From NCBI GenBank assembly GCA_964589005.1, contig CAZPQI010000001.1:2144-66143 (forward strand): a stretch of DNA of 64,000 nt, written 5' to 3'. The first letter of the stretch is position 1. Each line of letters starts with the position of its first letter. Below, in pieces: positions 45,396 through 55,886 of this stretch. The notes beneath the pieces are model-generated. The model was not told the origin of the DNA, ran no database searches, and saw only the letters and a program-made list of their open reading frames with translations. Source of the DNA: an uncultured Candidatus Saccharibacteria bacterium (GTDB taxonomy: Bacteria; Patescibacteriota; Minisyncoccia; Phycocordibacterales; UBA2100). The translations under genes were made by a program, and so were the position numbers.

Positions 45396-47573
45396 ATGAA
45401 GCTGGTAATAGTTGAATCACCCGCCAAAGCGAAAACCATCGAGAAATATCTTGGTAAGGATTTTACTGTGCGTGCAAGTGTTGGGCACGTGCGCGATTTA
45501 CCCAAGAGCAACAAGGACGCGATAGATATTAAAAAGGGGTTTGTACCAAAGTATGAAATATCGCCTCAAAAGATTGAAGTTATTTCCGAACTTACCAAAA
45601 TAGCAAAGAAAGCTGATGAAGTGATTCTTGCAACTGACCACGACCGAGAGGGAGAAGCTATTGCGTGGCACTTACAACAAGTATTGGGTCTTAAAAAACC
45701 TAAGCGTATTGTGTTCAATGAGATTACTAAGGAAGCTGTTCAAGATGCTTTGAAAAATCATAGACTGATTGATGAGAACATGCGCGAAGCTCAAGAAGCT
45801 CGCAGAGTGCTTGATAGACTGGTGGGTTACGACTTGTCTGGTCTTATTTGGAAAAAAGTTCGCTACGGCCTTTCTGCAGGAAGAGTACAATCGCCTGCAC
45901 TGCGCATAATTATGGAGCGCGAACGAGAAATTCGTGCATTCATTCCTGAGAAATATTGGGTTATTACCTCGGAAACCAAAACAAAAAATTCTACACCAGT
46001 TACATTTACTTGCATAGAGGAACCTAAAACTCAAAAAGATGCTGACACAATAGTGAGCGAGGCGAAAAAAAATTCATGGAAGGTTGCCAGTATCAAGGAA
46101 ACCGCAGCTAAACGTTCACCTCGCGCACCATTTACCACAAGTACTCTGCAACAGACTGCTAGTTCACGCTTGGGCTATGCACCGTCGCGAACCATGGGAA
46201 TCGCTCAGAAACTCTATGAAGCTGGACTTATAACCTATATGCGTACCGACAGCACGACGATGTCGAAGCAAGCACTCGCACAGATAAGCAGTGTCGTGGG
46301 AAGTGAATACGGAAAAGATCAACTCTCCATTCGTGAATACAAAACCAAATCGAAATCGGCTCAAGAGGCGCACGAAGCTGTTCGCCCTTCTGATATTAGT
46401 AAAATCTCGGCCGGGCGCACTGATGACCAGAAGCGACTATATTCTCTTATCTGGGCACGTGCAGTATCAAGCCAAATGGTAGACGCGGAAATAAAACGTA
46501 CAAAAATTACTGCTGAAGTAGAAAGTACTGCAGTTCCCGCTTTTACCGTAACTGGTTCACGCGTCGTAAAAGAAGGTTGGCTGCAAGCCGACCCAGCAGC
46601 ACGTGGTGAAGACGTGGACTTACCTAAAGTCGAAGAAGGCGAAGCTCTTGACGTAAAAAGTGTGGACGCTCTGGGAAAAGAAACACAGCCACTTCCTCGC
46701 TACACTGAAGCAGGACTCATTAAAGAACTTGAAAAACGTGGCATTGGACGACCAAGTACGTACGCCGCTATTATGCGCACTCTTTCTGACAGAGGCTACG
46801 TAACTAAAGAGGGGCGAACACTTACGCCGACTGACACAGGTGACGTGGTTAGTAGTTTTCTCGAAGAACACTTCGCTAACTACGTGAGTGATACCTTTAC
46901 TGCGGAAATGGAAACTGAACTCGATGAAATTGCTGATGGAAAGCGCGAGTACGCAAAAACTTTGAAAGAATTTTATACACCGTTTGCAAAGGCAGTCGCC
47001 TCGAAAGAAGGCGTACCAAAGTTAACCAACCTCGGCCCCACTCCAAAAGAATTCAAATGTCCGTTGTGTAAAAAAGAAATGGTATTCAAATTAGCTAGAA
47101 ACGGGAAGTTTATGAGCTGCGCGAAATTCCCCGAATGTCACGGTGCGCGCAAAGAAGACGGAAGCATTATCGAACCGCCGAAAGAAATTGGGGAAAAGTG
47201 TCCCAAATGTGGTGAGCCGGGCCCTCGAAGCAAGCAAGACCCTGGGAAACTTGTGGAACGCGAGGGGCGTTTTGGTATGTTTATATCATGCGATCGTTAC
47301 CCAAAATGTAAATACATAAAGCAGGATGATTCTCTGAATTCTACTGGAGTTAAATGTACCGAATGTAAAGACGGCGAGCTAATCGAGCGACACGGTCGCT
47401 TTGGTCCTTTCTTTAGTTGTTCAAACTACCCTGACTGTAAACTCGCAATTAAGGCTCGACCTACTGGAAAAAAATGCCCTACCTGCGAACAGCTTATGAT
47501 GGATGGGACAAAAACCATACCAGAGCGCTGTAGTAGTAAAGCCTGCCCTAATCATAATCCGCACAAGCTGTAG
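45396..47573 (+). CDS. topA: DNA topoisomerase I with C-terminal zinc-ribbon repeats
   Basis: TOPRIM N-terminus (MKLVIVESPAKAKTIEKYLGKDF), active-site region, four C4 zinc ribbons at C-terminus. Confidence 0.9.
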   Translation: MKLVIVESPAKAKTIEKYLGKDFTVRASVGHVRDLPKSNKDAIDIKKGFVPKYEISPQKIEVISELTKIAKKADEVILATDHDREGEAIAWHLQQVLGLKKPKRIVFNEITKEAVQDALKNHRLIDENMREAQEARRVLDRLVGYDLSGLIWKKVRYGLSAGRVQSPALRIIMEREREIRAFIPEKYWVITSETKTKNSTPVTFTCIEEPKTQKDADTIVSEAKKNSWKVASIKETAAKRSPRAPFTTSTLQQTASSRLGYAPSRTMGIAQKLYEAGLITYMRTDSTTMSKQALAQISSVVGSEYGKDQLSIREYKTKSKSAQEAHEAVRPSDISKISAGRTDDQKRLYSLIWARAVSSQMVDAEIKRTKITAEVESTAVPAFTVTGSRVVKEGWLQADPAARGEDVDLPKVEEGEALDVKSVDALGKETQPLPRYTEAGLIKELEKRGIGRPSTYAAIMRTLSDRGYVTKEGRTLTPTDTGDVVSSFLEEHFANYVSDTFTAEMETELDEIADGKREYAKTLKEFYTPFAKAVASKEGVPKLTNLGPTPKEFKCPLCKKEMVFKLARNGKFMSCAKFPECHGARKEDGSIIEPPKEIGEKCPKCGEPGPRSKQDPGKLVEREGRFGMFISCDRYPKCKYIKQDDSLNSTGVKCTECKDGELIERHGRFGPFFSCSNYPDCKLAIKARPTGKKCPTCEQLMMDGTKTIPERCSSKACPNHNPHKL

Positions 47574-47842
47574 AATCCGAATAGTAGCACGCAACCTGCG
47601 TTGCGTGTGCAGCTTGTCTTTGTCGGGCGGAGCCATGTTTTTGTGACACCAAGGAACAAAACGGGCGAGCCGGGGTCGAGCGCACTTAGTAGAATTACAC
47701 GCAAAGCGTGGTAATTATACTTAGTGACGGGTGACCAAAAACGATCCCCGAACGATGTTCAGACAAAAAGTGTCCTAACCATCGCCCAGATAAACTCACG
47801 TAAAAATACAACCTCAGCGATTTCTCGCTGAGGTCTTCAATG

Positions 47843-48049
47843 TTACATACCCATGAGAAAACGTTGGGTTTCCTCAGCCCACGCGTCGTCAATGCGTGGT
47901 TTTGGCACATTTGCTTTCCTTGTTTTTACGCGCAAAGCCGCCAGAGTTTCACCACATTCCGTACAATACTTGTCCCATGCGGAAGAATTTTTCCATGTTC
48001 CACAGCTCGGACAAGGAATGAGCATATCTTCTTCGATTTCCAAAGTCAT
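47843..48049 (-). CDS. small zinc-ribbon protein (hypothetical)
   Basis: CPSCGTW...CTECG double CxxC; overlapping plus-strand ORFs considered less likely. Confidence 0.3.
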   Translation of the reverse strand: MTLEIEEDMLIPCPSCGTWKNSSAWDKYCTECGETLAALRVKTRKANVPKPRIDDAWAEETQRFLMGM

Positions 48050-48133
48050 CGAACGTCTCCTTTCTGTTTAACGTGGATGCAGAACTGTATCCAAAAAATT
48101 TGAAAATACCTACGAACAGAGTACCATAGTATA

Positions 48134-49729
48134 ATGGATATTTTTAGCGCAGTTACCAAACAGAAAAACGGAAAGATTCCACCCGTAGCCTTGAAGAATA
48201 TTTTGAGTGCAATGAGCCTCTCCAAAAAGGGGGATGTGGAATTTGTCACGCGTGCATATATGCTTACCCGTCGCGCCCACCGCGGACAAAAGCGCTACTC
48301 AGGAGAAGCTTATTTGGATCACCCTGTCTCCACTGCTCAGTATTTGGCAAATCTTGGTATGGGTCCAACTATCGTCGCCGCTGGTTTACTGCACGACACA
48401 TTAGAAGATAGCGACATCACTCCCGAAGAAATTGAAAAGGAGCTGAGCGCCGATGTGTGCCGACTTGTTGAGGGCGTTACAAAATTGGGTCACGTGCGTT
48501 ACCAAGGTGTAAAACGCCACACCGAAAGTCTTCGTAAACTTTTTGCGGCAACTTCACAAGATGTTCGTGTCATGATTATTAAACTCGCCGACCGACTCCA
48601 TAACGCGAAAACTCTTGAACATGTTCCACGAGACGACAAACGAGAGCGTATTGCCCACGAAACACTCGAAATCTACGCTCCAATTGCTGATCGGTTAGGA
48701 ATGGGATTAATGAAACGAGAATTAGAAGATGCAGTATTTCCGCACGCCTACTCCGATGAGTACAAAAAAGTTTCAAAAATTTTCAAAGAAGCGGGCGGAG
48801 ACGACATAAAAAGATTGGAGCGTATACACAACAATGTAAAAAAGAAGCTCGCCGAATATGGCCTTAAAAAGTTTCAAACATCAAACCGCGTAAAGGGGCT
48901 GTATAGTTTTTTTCGAAAACTTGAACGTAAAAACTGGGACGTCACTAAGATTTTTGATGTCTGGGCACTACGCATTATCGTAGACTCAGTAGCAGACTGC
49001 TATACCGTGCTAGGAATTGTGCATGGAGAGTGGCGCCCTTTGCCGGGCAGGGTAAAAGATTATATTGCATTTGAAAAACCAAACGGCTACAAAAGTATTC
49101 ACACTACAATACACACAGGCGACGGTGGTATTATCGAACTACAAATTCGTACTAAAGAAATGCATAAAGAAGCACAACTTGGTATTGCATCGCATTTTTC
49201 ATATAAAGAAATTAAAAAAGGTAAAAAGAGTTCGGAGAGTGGTGCAATAAGTTGGATTCGTCAGTTTATACCTGCTCGTCTTTGGATGGAAGGCCAGGGC
49301 AAATCGTCCACTGGAGAAACAAAAAAAACGTACATCGGCGACGATACTCCTGAATGGCTAAAACATATGGCCGAGCCGCAAGATGTACACGACAATAATC
49401 CGCATGTCTTTTTACAGGATATGAAGGCAGACTTTTTTAGCCATCGTGTATTTTTGTTTACGCCTCGCGGCGACGTCATCGACCTACCGCTCGATTCAAG
49501 TCCAATAGATTTTGCGTATGCCATACACTCTGATGTAGGTAACCACATGTCGGGTGCCAAGGTTAACGGAAAAATGGCAGCGCTTGATAGCTGTCTTAAA
49601 AACGGCGATATCGTTGAGATAATGACTAGCAGTAAGTCTAATGCAACTCAAAAATGGATTGATATGGCAAAAACAGGTTTGGCAAAACGGCAGATACGCT
49701 CATTTCTGCAAAAACCCTTAAGTAGTTAG
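48134..49729 (+). CDS. rel: (p)ppGpp synthetase/hydrolase Rel/SpoT homolog (HD + synthetase + TGS domains; no ACT)
   Basis: HD motif region (HPVSTAQYLANLGMG..LHDTLED), synthetase motifs (RIHNN...GYKSIHTT), TGS-like C-terminus. Confidence 0.85.
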   Translation: MDIFSAVTKQKNGKIPPVALKNILSAMSLSKKGDVEFVTRAYMLTRRAHRGQKRYSGEAYLDHPVSTAQYLANLGMGPTIVAAGLLHDTLEDSDITPEEIEKELSADVCRLVEGVTKLGHVRYQGVKRHTESLRKLFAATSQDVRVMIIKLADRLHNAKTLEHVPRDDKRERIAHETLEIYAPIADRLGMGLMKRELEDAVFPHAYSDEYKKVSKIFKEAGGDDIKRLERIHNNVKKKLAEYGLKKFQTSNRVKGLYSFFRKLERKNWDVTKIFDVWALRIIVDSVADCYTVLGIVHGEWRPLPGRVKDYIAFEKPNGYKSIHTTIHTGDGGIIELQIRTKEMHKEAQLGIASHFSYKEIKKGKKSSESGAISWIRQFIPARLWMEGQGKSSTGETKKTYIGDDTPEWLKHMAEPQDVHDNNPHVFLQDMKADFFSHRVFLFTPRGDVIDLPLDSSPIDFAYAIHSDVGNHMSGAKVNGKMAALDSCLKNGDIVEIMTSSKSNATQKWIDMAKTGLAKRQIRSFLQKPLSS

Positions 49730-49734
49730 GCTGT

Positions 49735-50763
49735 TTATACAGCAAAATTTTGAATCGAGTAGATGTCTTCCTCATCATCTTCTTCTTGTTCTTGAACGAC
49801 GAGCACATTTTCATTATCACCCTCGGTGCGTGGAGTACTTTCTATCTCTATTGAATCTGCTACTCCAATAAATTGCAGCAACGGTGATGGTATTACAGTA
49901 CCTACCGGTGTTGAAACTGGTTGTGTCGTGGCAGATACCACACTGTTGTTAAGCAACAAAAGTAACTGAGCAACATCAGTTGGTGTGAAAAAATCTATAT
50001 GGACTTTACCACCTTTGGCACGTGGCTCTATCTGAACTCGTGTACCTAATTTTTCTGTTAGGTCACGCTCAAGTTGTGCAAGGTCTGGAGGGAGATCTTG
50101 TTTACGTGCACGATCTGTTGCAATACTGCGCGCAATTCTTTCTGTCTCGCGAACCGTTAATCCCTTTTCCGAAATTTCTTTAAACAATTCAATTTGTTGT
50201 TCTGGCCTATCGACGAGCATCAAAAGCGGGCGTGTGTGTCCCTCGGTTATCTGGCGAGCAACTACAGCTTGCTGCATTTCATCTGAAAGAGAGAGTAGTC
50301 GTAATGAGTTGGAAACATATTCTCGACTTTTCCCCACCTTCTTTGCAATTTCTACATGCTTTAGGTTAAACGTGTCTGCCAACTGTCGAAAAGCCACCGC
50401 ACGGTCAATTGGATTCAAGTCTTCCCGCTGTAAATTTTCAATAATCGCAAGTTCCAGCTTCATTTTGTCAGAATCCTCGGAAGAACGAATCAAAACAGGT
50501 ACTTGCGATACGCTCGCAAGTTTAGAAGCTCGTAGTCGTCGCTCCCCTGCTACAAGTTCGTATTCAACTGATATACCGCCGTCACTGCGTTCAATCTCAC
50601 GACGCGTTACCACTAAAGGTTGCAAAATTCCATATTGGCGAATAGATTCTGCAAGACTTGCGAGTGCGTCTTCATTAAATTCCTTTCTCGGCTGAAAAGG
50701 GTTTGGGAGAATACGATTCACCTCTACCCAAAAAACTGAATTGTTGTAAAAGTCTGATGCCAT
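49735..50763 (-). CDS. parB: ParB/Spo0J-like partition protein with extended C-terminal region
   Basis: ParB N-terminal box ILPNPFQPRKEFNEDALASLAESIRQYGILQPLVV; start taken at MASDFYNN (upstream extension overlaps tRNA-Leu fragment region). Confidence 0.7.
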   Translation of the reverse strand: MASDFYNNSVFWVEVNRILPNPFQPRKEFNEDALASLAESIRQYGILQPLVVTRREIERSDGGISVEYELVAGERRLRASKLASVSQVPVLIRSSEDSDKMKLELAIIENLQREDLNPIDRAVAFRQLADTFNLKHVEIAKKVGKSREYVSNSLRLLSLSDEMQQAVVARQITEGHTRPLLMLVDRPEQQIELFKEISEKGLTVRETERIARSIATDRARKQDLPPDLAQLERDLTEKLGTRVQIEPRAKGGKVHIDFFTPTDVAQLLLLLNNSVVSATTQPVSTPVGTVIPSPLLQFIGVADSIEIESTPRTEGDNENVLVVQEQEEDDEEDIYSIQNFAV

Positions 50764-50989
50764 TGCGGGCAGTATACCATAGTGAGTTTTACCAAGTTTT
50801 TCACAAATGTGTGCATATGTGGAAACCTGATGCGTGTAACACAAATTACCTAAAGGGCTGGAAGTTTTCGCTTCTGCATGTAGAATATTCAACACATGCC
50901 GAGGTGGCGGAATTGGTAGATTCAATACGGGCGCACGACTCGCAATTATTTTATTTGCGTGTCCCGTACAGAGTGTATCAATACACTAT

Positions 50990-51071
50990 GCCGAGGTGGC
51001 GGAACTGGTAGACGCGCACGACTCAAAATCGTGTTCTTTACAGAGTGGGGGTTCGATTCCCCCCCTCGGCA
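50990..51071 (+). tRNA. tRNA-Leu (anticodon CAA), type II long variable arm, CCA not encoded
   Basis: Acceptor GCCGAGG/CCTCGGC, anticodon stem CACGA/TCGTG with loop CTCAAAA, variable arm, T-arm GGGGG-TTCGATT-CCCCC. Confidence 0.8.
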
Positions 51072-51256
51072 CAAATGAAGAATAAACCCAGATTTTTTCT
51101 GGTTTTATTTTTTATTTAGTTGTGGGAATCGAAAGCCACAGCGTTGTGCGAGTTTGAGCGAGGAACGAGCGAAAGACGAGTACCGCGATGCGGGGTCGAG
51201 AGATTTTTCCGGCAGGAAAAATACTCGTGACCTAGTCCCTCCCTAATATAAAAAAC

Positions 51257-51823
51257 ATGACAACAATGATAGACGAAGCAGCAGAAGCACTGCGAAAAGG
51301 CGAGCTTGTAGTTTTTCCAACTGATACTGTTTTTGGTATTGGCTGTGACCCGTTTAATGAAGACGCACTGCGTGCACTTCGCGCTTCAAAAAACCGCTCT
51401 CTAGAAAAAAGCACACCTATACTTGTCGACTCCATCGAAACTGCGCATTCGTTAGCAAGTATCCCCCAATATTGCGAAAACCTCATAGAGCAACATTGGC
51501 CAGGAGCACTTACTGTTATTGCGAAACAAAAAACCGAATTTCCTTCCTTGATTTCTAATGATGACACAGTCGCGTTGCGTATGCCCGACCACGAAGATTT
51601 GTTGGAATTAATAACGAGCGTCGGTGGAGCTCTTGCCGCCACAAGTGCAAACTTATCTGGACAACCACCACTTATTACGTACGACGAAGTATATGCTACG
51701 TTTTCAGAAAAGGCTTCTGTGATAATTCCCGGTTCAGTGCAAGGTGGCACTGCTTCTACAATTATCGACTGCACAGGCAACAAGCCAAAGATTGTTCGCG
51801 AGGGTCCTATTAATCTTGAATAA
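51257..51823 (+). CDS. tsaC: L-threonylcarbamoyladenylate synthase TsaC/YrdC
   Basis: GELVVFPTDTVFGIGCD and YrdC-domain pattern; 188 aa. Confidence 0.8.
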   Translation: MTTMIDEAAEALRKGELVVFPTDTVFGIGCDPFNEDALRALRASKNRSLEKSTPILVDSIETAHSLASIPQYCENLIEQHWPGALTVIAKQKTEFPSLISNDDTVALRMPDHEDLLELITSVGGALAATSANLSGQPPLITYDEVYATFSEKASVIIPGSVQGGTASTIIDCTGNKPKIVREGPINLE

Positions 51824-51896
51824 TAGAGTGTTTTCATATAAGCTCGCATTAGCTGCACATTGTTAAACTAGAAACAAGGTAAACGGAGAAACCATA

Positions 51897-52577
51897 ATGT
51901 CTACTAGTCCAATAATCATCCCTCTTGACGGGATGACCGAATCTACGGCGCTCGCTATGGCAAAAGAATTGTCGGGTAGCGTGTGGGGATTCAAAGTGAA
52001 TGACCTGCTTATCGAGTGTGGTGTCAGTATTGTCACTAAATTGAAAAAATACGGCAACGTCTTTGCTGACCCAAAACTCCACGACATTCCAAATACTGTT
52101 TCCAACAGTGTACAACGACTGGATGAAGCTGGGGCAGACTTTATATCTATTCATGCTTCAGGCTGGACTGAAATGATGGAAGCTGCAGTTCAAGCAACTT
52201 CTAACAGTAAAATACTTGCCATCACTATTCTCACATCCTTAGACGACGAAGGTGTGGATGCTATCTATCACAATTCGACTATCGATCAAGTTTTATGGCT
52301 TGCTGAGATAGCGAAATTCAGTAAAGTTCACGGGGTTGTATGTTCCCCAATGGAACTTGAATTGCTCGAAGAAATACCCGAGCTCATTAAGGTGATTCCC
52401 GGGATTCGTCCAAAGTGGTATCTAAATGAAGATGACCAGAAACGTGTTGCTACTCCGGAAAATGCAATGAAGAACGGGGCAGACTTGCTTGTCATTGGAC
52501 GCCCGATAACTAGCGACAAAAATCCGTACGAGGCAGCCCAAAGAACCATGGGCGAGATTGTGGATATACATGTGTGA
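51897..52577 (+). CDS. pyrF: orotidine-5'-phosphate decarboxylase
   Basis: IIPLDG...GFKVNDLL...DPKLHDIPNTV...IGRPIT motifs. Confidence 0.85.
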   Translation: MSTSPIIIPLDGMTESTALAMAKELSGSVWGFKVNDLLIECGVSIVTKLKKYGNVFADPKLHDIPNTVSNSVQRLDEAGADFISIHASGWTEMMEAAVQATSNSKILAITILTSLDDEGVDAIYHNSTIDQVLWLAEIAKFSKVHGVVCSPMELELLEEIPELIKVIPGIRPKWYLNEDDQKRVATPENAMKNGADLLVIGRPITSDKNPYEAAQRTMGEIVDIHV

Positions 52578-53092
52578 ATGATGCTAATACACGATTTCAA
52601 ACGCCGCGCAGGAAAAATATCCTGCGCGGCGTTTCCTTTTCTATGCGTGTTACACTTTACTGTATGAAATTTCCCCTTTCAAAAGATGCTCGTGTTCTTC
52701 TAGTTCGTGTTTTTCTAATCGTAATGGCGGCAGGCTCACTCTACGGAGTGTACGACAATCAAGAGTTTCTGGCCCGTTTCCCATTTTACTTATCAGCAGC
52801 AGCTGACGTATTATTCGCTGGCATCTTTCTTTACTTTGCATACTTTTTGCCCACCTTTATTACTCGCACAAATCGAAAAATACTGATGGTAGCATTGGCG
52901 GCTTTTTGGGTATACACAACAGCAGTGAGTCTCAGCAGTTCAGCACTCTATGCTTTTAATTTGGGAATTTTCTATGTTGCGCTCGAAGCAGGTAAAAGCA
53001 TTCCGGTATATATTGCATCTGAAGTTATATACCTCGCAATACTCCCCGCTCTTGTGTTTGGTTTTGTGATTTGGTTGGTACGGAAAGTATAA
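52574..53092 (+). CDS. integral membrane protein (hypothetical)
   Basis: 4-5 predicted TM helices; start may be an internal Met (MRVTLY/MKFPLS). Confidence 0.4.
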   Translation: MNDANTRFQTPRRKNILRGVSFSMRVTLYCMKFPLSKDARVLLVRVFLIVMAAGSLYGVYDNQEFLARFPFYLSAAADVLFAGIFLYFAYFLPTFITRTNRKILMVALAAFWVYTTAVSLSSSALYAFNLGIFYVALEAGKSIPVYIASEVIYLAILPALVFGFVIWLVRKV

Positions 53093-53156
53093 TCAAATGG
53101 TGACTGACCTCGTTTCTGCTAAATTTGAGACACCCATTCATTATGGGGATACCCTA

Positions 53157-53639
53157 TTACATTTTCTTGTATTCCTTCCAAATAACCCAAAGTATTAACA
53201 GGTCAACAAAAATAATACCTAACAATATATATGAATTTGTGTATGTAAATCTATACAACTCGTAGATAACAAAAAAACCTATAAGCCAAAAACTTGTAGG
53301 GAAAGCCCATTTTTTGTGCTTTAACAGCGAAATTGAAATGACAATGTCGATGATTCCCCAAAAAATCAAATAAGCAGAAATGAAATAAGTTATATATATT
53401 GGATGCAATTGTAGAAACCCATTAGCCACCGTAAATAAAAAATCTGTTGGATCTTCTATTAGCTCAGACCTCATTATCTTATACAGCAAATCAATAAGGG
53501 GGACATGTATCAATTTAAGTAACGCCAGACCAAACAAAAGCCTTAGTGCTCCGTAAAAAGTGCGCCAAAACATAGCCAGACGGAAAAAATCAATTTTTTT
53601 GTTGCCAATCTGCATTACAAGAAAGTTTAGCACACTCAT
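53157..53639 (-). CDS. integral membrane protein (hypothetical)
   Basis: 160 aa, 4 predicted TM helices. Confidence 0.4.
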   Translation of the reverse strand: MSVLNFLVMQIGNKKIDFFRLAMFWRTFYGALRLLFGLALLKLIHVPLIDLLYKIMRSELIEDPTDFLFTVANGFLQLHPIYITYFISAYLIFWGIIDIVISISLLKHKKWAFPTSFWLIGFFVIYELYRFTYTNSYILLGIIFVDLLILWVIWKEYKKM

Positions 53640-53971
53640 GTATTCTGTTATTTCAGAATGGATACTAGCTAAGTATTTTTAGTGTTTTGTGACTCCACGG
53701 GGTGAGAAAGTGTTGGGCTCTTTCGCAAGAGGTTGCCTAGTATTTTGAGGTCGCAAAAAATGCTGACAACCTATACTGTTTCTGTAAGGAATCGGCGTCA
53801 GCTCACTACGCAAAATTAGCGTTCTATGAACTCAATTCTGCCAAGTGGCTCCTACCCGGACTCGGCCACAACTCTTTCAGAGTCGGCTTCGCGGCCTCCG
53901 TCTTTCGATTCCCCGTCGAGACTCTGCAGCATCTAAAAACCCCATGCGTTGCATGAGGCCTTAAGATGCTG

Positions 53972-54043
53972 TGACTCCACGGGGAATCGAACCCCGATTG
54001 CAAGATTGAGAACCTTGTGTCCTAACCGTTAGACGATGGAGCC
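53972..54043 (-). tRNA. tRNA-Glu (anticodon CUC), CCA not encoded
   Basis: Acceptor GGCTCCA/TGGAGTC (one G-U), anticodon stem CAAGG/TCTTG loop TTCTCAA, T-arm CGGGG-TTCGATT-CCCCG. Confidence 0.75.
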
Positions 54044-54521
54044 AAGTGCAAAGAGTATAATATATTTTATGGTTCTATACTATTTAAATAAAATACGTAA
54101 AAAATTTGTGCTTTCGCGATTGCAAGATGAAAACCTACCTATCACCTGTCTAATACTTCGACAACGCTGATTTCTCAACTACGTTGAGAATCGGATGAAA
54201 AGCAAAGCAGTTTGTTTTTCATTCCCACCCGTTAGACCTGCCTGCTCCGCATTCGCAGGCATGGCAGGCATGCGATAAGGCCATAATTTAAAATCGTGCA
54301 CGATTTCACCTTTTCTTCCAGGTAAAAGAAAACCACGCATCACGTGCTGTTCAAGGTTTTAAGAGTAGTTATAAAAACCAAGTACAGCACGCAACGTGCG
54401 GTGGGCGGCGCTGTAATCAGCGGGGGTGAAATTGAGCGCCTAGGACTAGGAAAAGATTCCAACGGGAAAAGGAAACTTTTTATCCTTGCTTTTAGTGTAG
54501 TGATTACGTCGCAATTGTCAA

Positions 54522-55826
54522 CTACGACTCAAGCCACTCGGTTTCTTGGCGAACCAAAAGTTCTCGTGCACGTTGCGGTTCAGCAAGAATTTCTTTTATA
54601 GCTTTTTCGAGACGAATACCAGACTGCGACCCTTTTACAAGAACAACATCTCCCTCCTCGAGCATCGCACGCACAGTGAGTCCCGCCTCTTTGGCATCCC
54701 CGGTATCAAATTCTTGAATACACTCAGCACTAAAACCAGCTTCGCGCGCTGCCGCTGCGATTTGTTTTGCGCGTACACCAACAGTAATTAGTGAATCTGC
54801 AACTCCTGTAATTTGAACTCCAACTTTTTTATGTGCATCTGCACTAAAACGTCCGAGCTCTAGCATATCTCCAAGCACCGCAATTTTTTTTCCTGTAACT
54901 TCAACTTTTCGGAGCGTCGTTATTGCAGCGCGAAGCGCTACGGGTGATGAGTTATATGAATCATCTATTATAATTGAATCGTTAAACCCTTCCAAAATTT
55001 TCATACGACCCTTGGGCCCTCTTTCTTTCTCAAGTGCCTTTGCTACTGACAGAGGCTTCATACCAAGCACTTGTGCAACTGCAAACGCACTGAGCACTGG
55101 ATACACCTGATGCTTTCCTACGCGTCCTAAGATTTGCACCGGAATATGCGAGCCTTTTTCCTCGATGTGCAGACTCATACCAACCAAAGCCCCTTGTGTG
55201 TCGTACAAGAATGAAGAATGCGACGCCGAAACATCGTTATGTGCTTCCATTCCAAACAAAAGCGTGTGTGTTTTTGGAAACTCTTTTTTTAAGGCAAGCG
55301 TGAGTTTATCGTCTCCTGAAATCACGAGCGTTCCGCCACTTTGCAACGCTTTTACAAGTGCTTTCTTTTCGTGTATCACTGCCTCGGGATTTGCAAAATT
55401 TTCTACGTGTACAGGAACGTCGGGCAGTGCTGTAACTACAACGATGTCGGGCGACAGCCACTTTGAAATACTTTGGATATCGCCCGGCCGATCGGTTCCC
55501 ACTTCCAACACAAGCCACTTGGGATAGTGATTAGCTAAAAGTATTAGAGCTAACCCTTCAAATATAATTTTGACCCAAAGAAAAGGATTATTCCAACCTG
55601 TATCGCAGCCCAAAATAGTAAGCGGAACACCTATTTCACTATTAAAACTTTTAATATTTTTGCGAATGTACAGGGAACTTTGTAGGGCTGTATAGATTGC
55701 ATCTTTAGTGCTTGTTTTACCAACACTTCCAGTTACCGCTATAATCTGCGGTTTATATTTTTTTAGAACGAGGCGTGCTTCCCACGTAATTATTATTATG
55801 ACTATTTTTCTTACAAATGATTTCAT
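54522..55826 (-). CDS. murF: UDP-N-acetylmuramoyl-tripeptide--D-alanyl-D-alanine ligase
   Basis: Mur ligase P-loop VTGSVGKTSTKD and Mur ligase C-domain. Confidence 0.85.
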   Translation of the reverse strand: MKSFVRKIVIIIITWEARLVLKKYKPQIIAVTGSVGKTSTKDAIYTALQSSLYIRKNIKSFNSEIGVPLTILGCDTGWNNPFLWVKIIFEGLALILLANHYPKWLVLEVGTDRPGDIQSISKWLSPDIVVVTALPDVPVHVENFANPEAVIHEKKALVKALQSGGTLVISGDDKLTLALKKEFPKTHTLLFGMEAHNDVSASHSSFLYDTQGALVGMSLHIEEKGSHIPVQILGRVGKHQVYPVLSAFAVAQVLGMKPLSVAKALEKERGPKGRMKILEGFNDSIIIDDSYNSSPVALRAAITTLRKVEVTGKKIAVLGDMLELGRFSADAHKKVGVQITGVADSLITVGVRAKQIAAAAREAGFSAECIQEFDTGDAKEAGLTVRAMLEEGDVVLVKGSQSGIRLEKAIKEILAEPQRARELLVRQETEWLES

Positions 55827-55886
55827 GCGTGTAAAACTTTACGTCATGTAGCATACCACGAGATATATGTGTAAACATTACGTATT

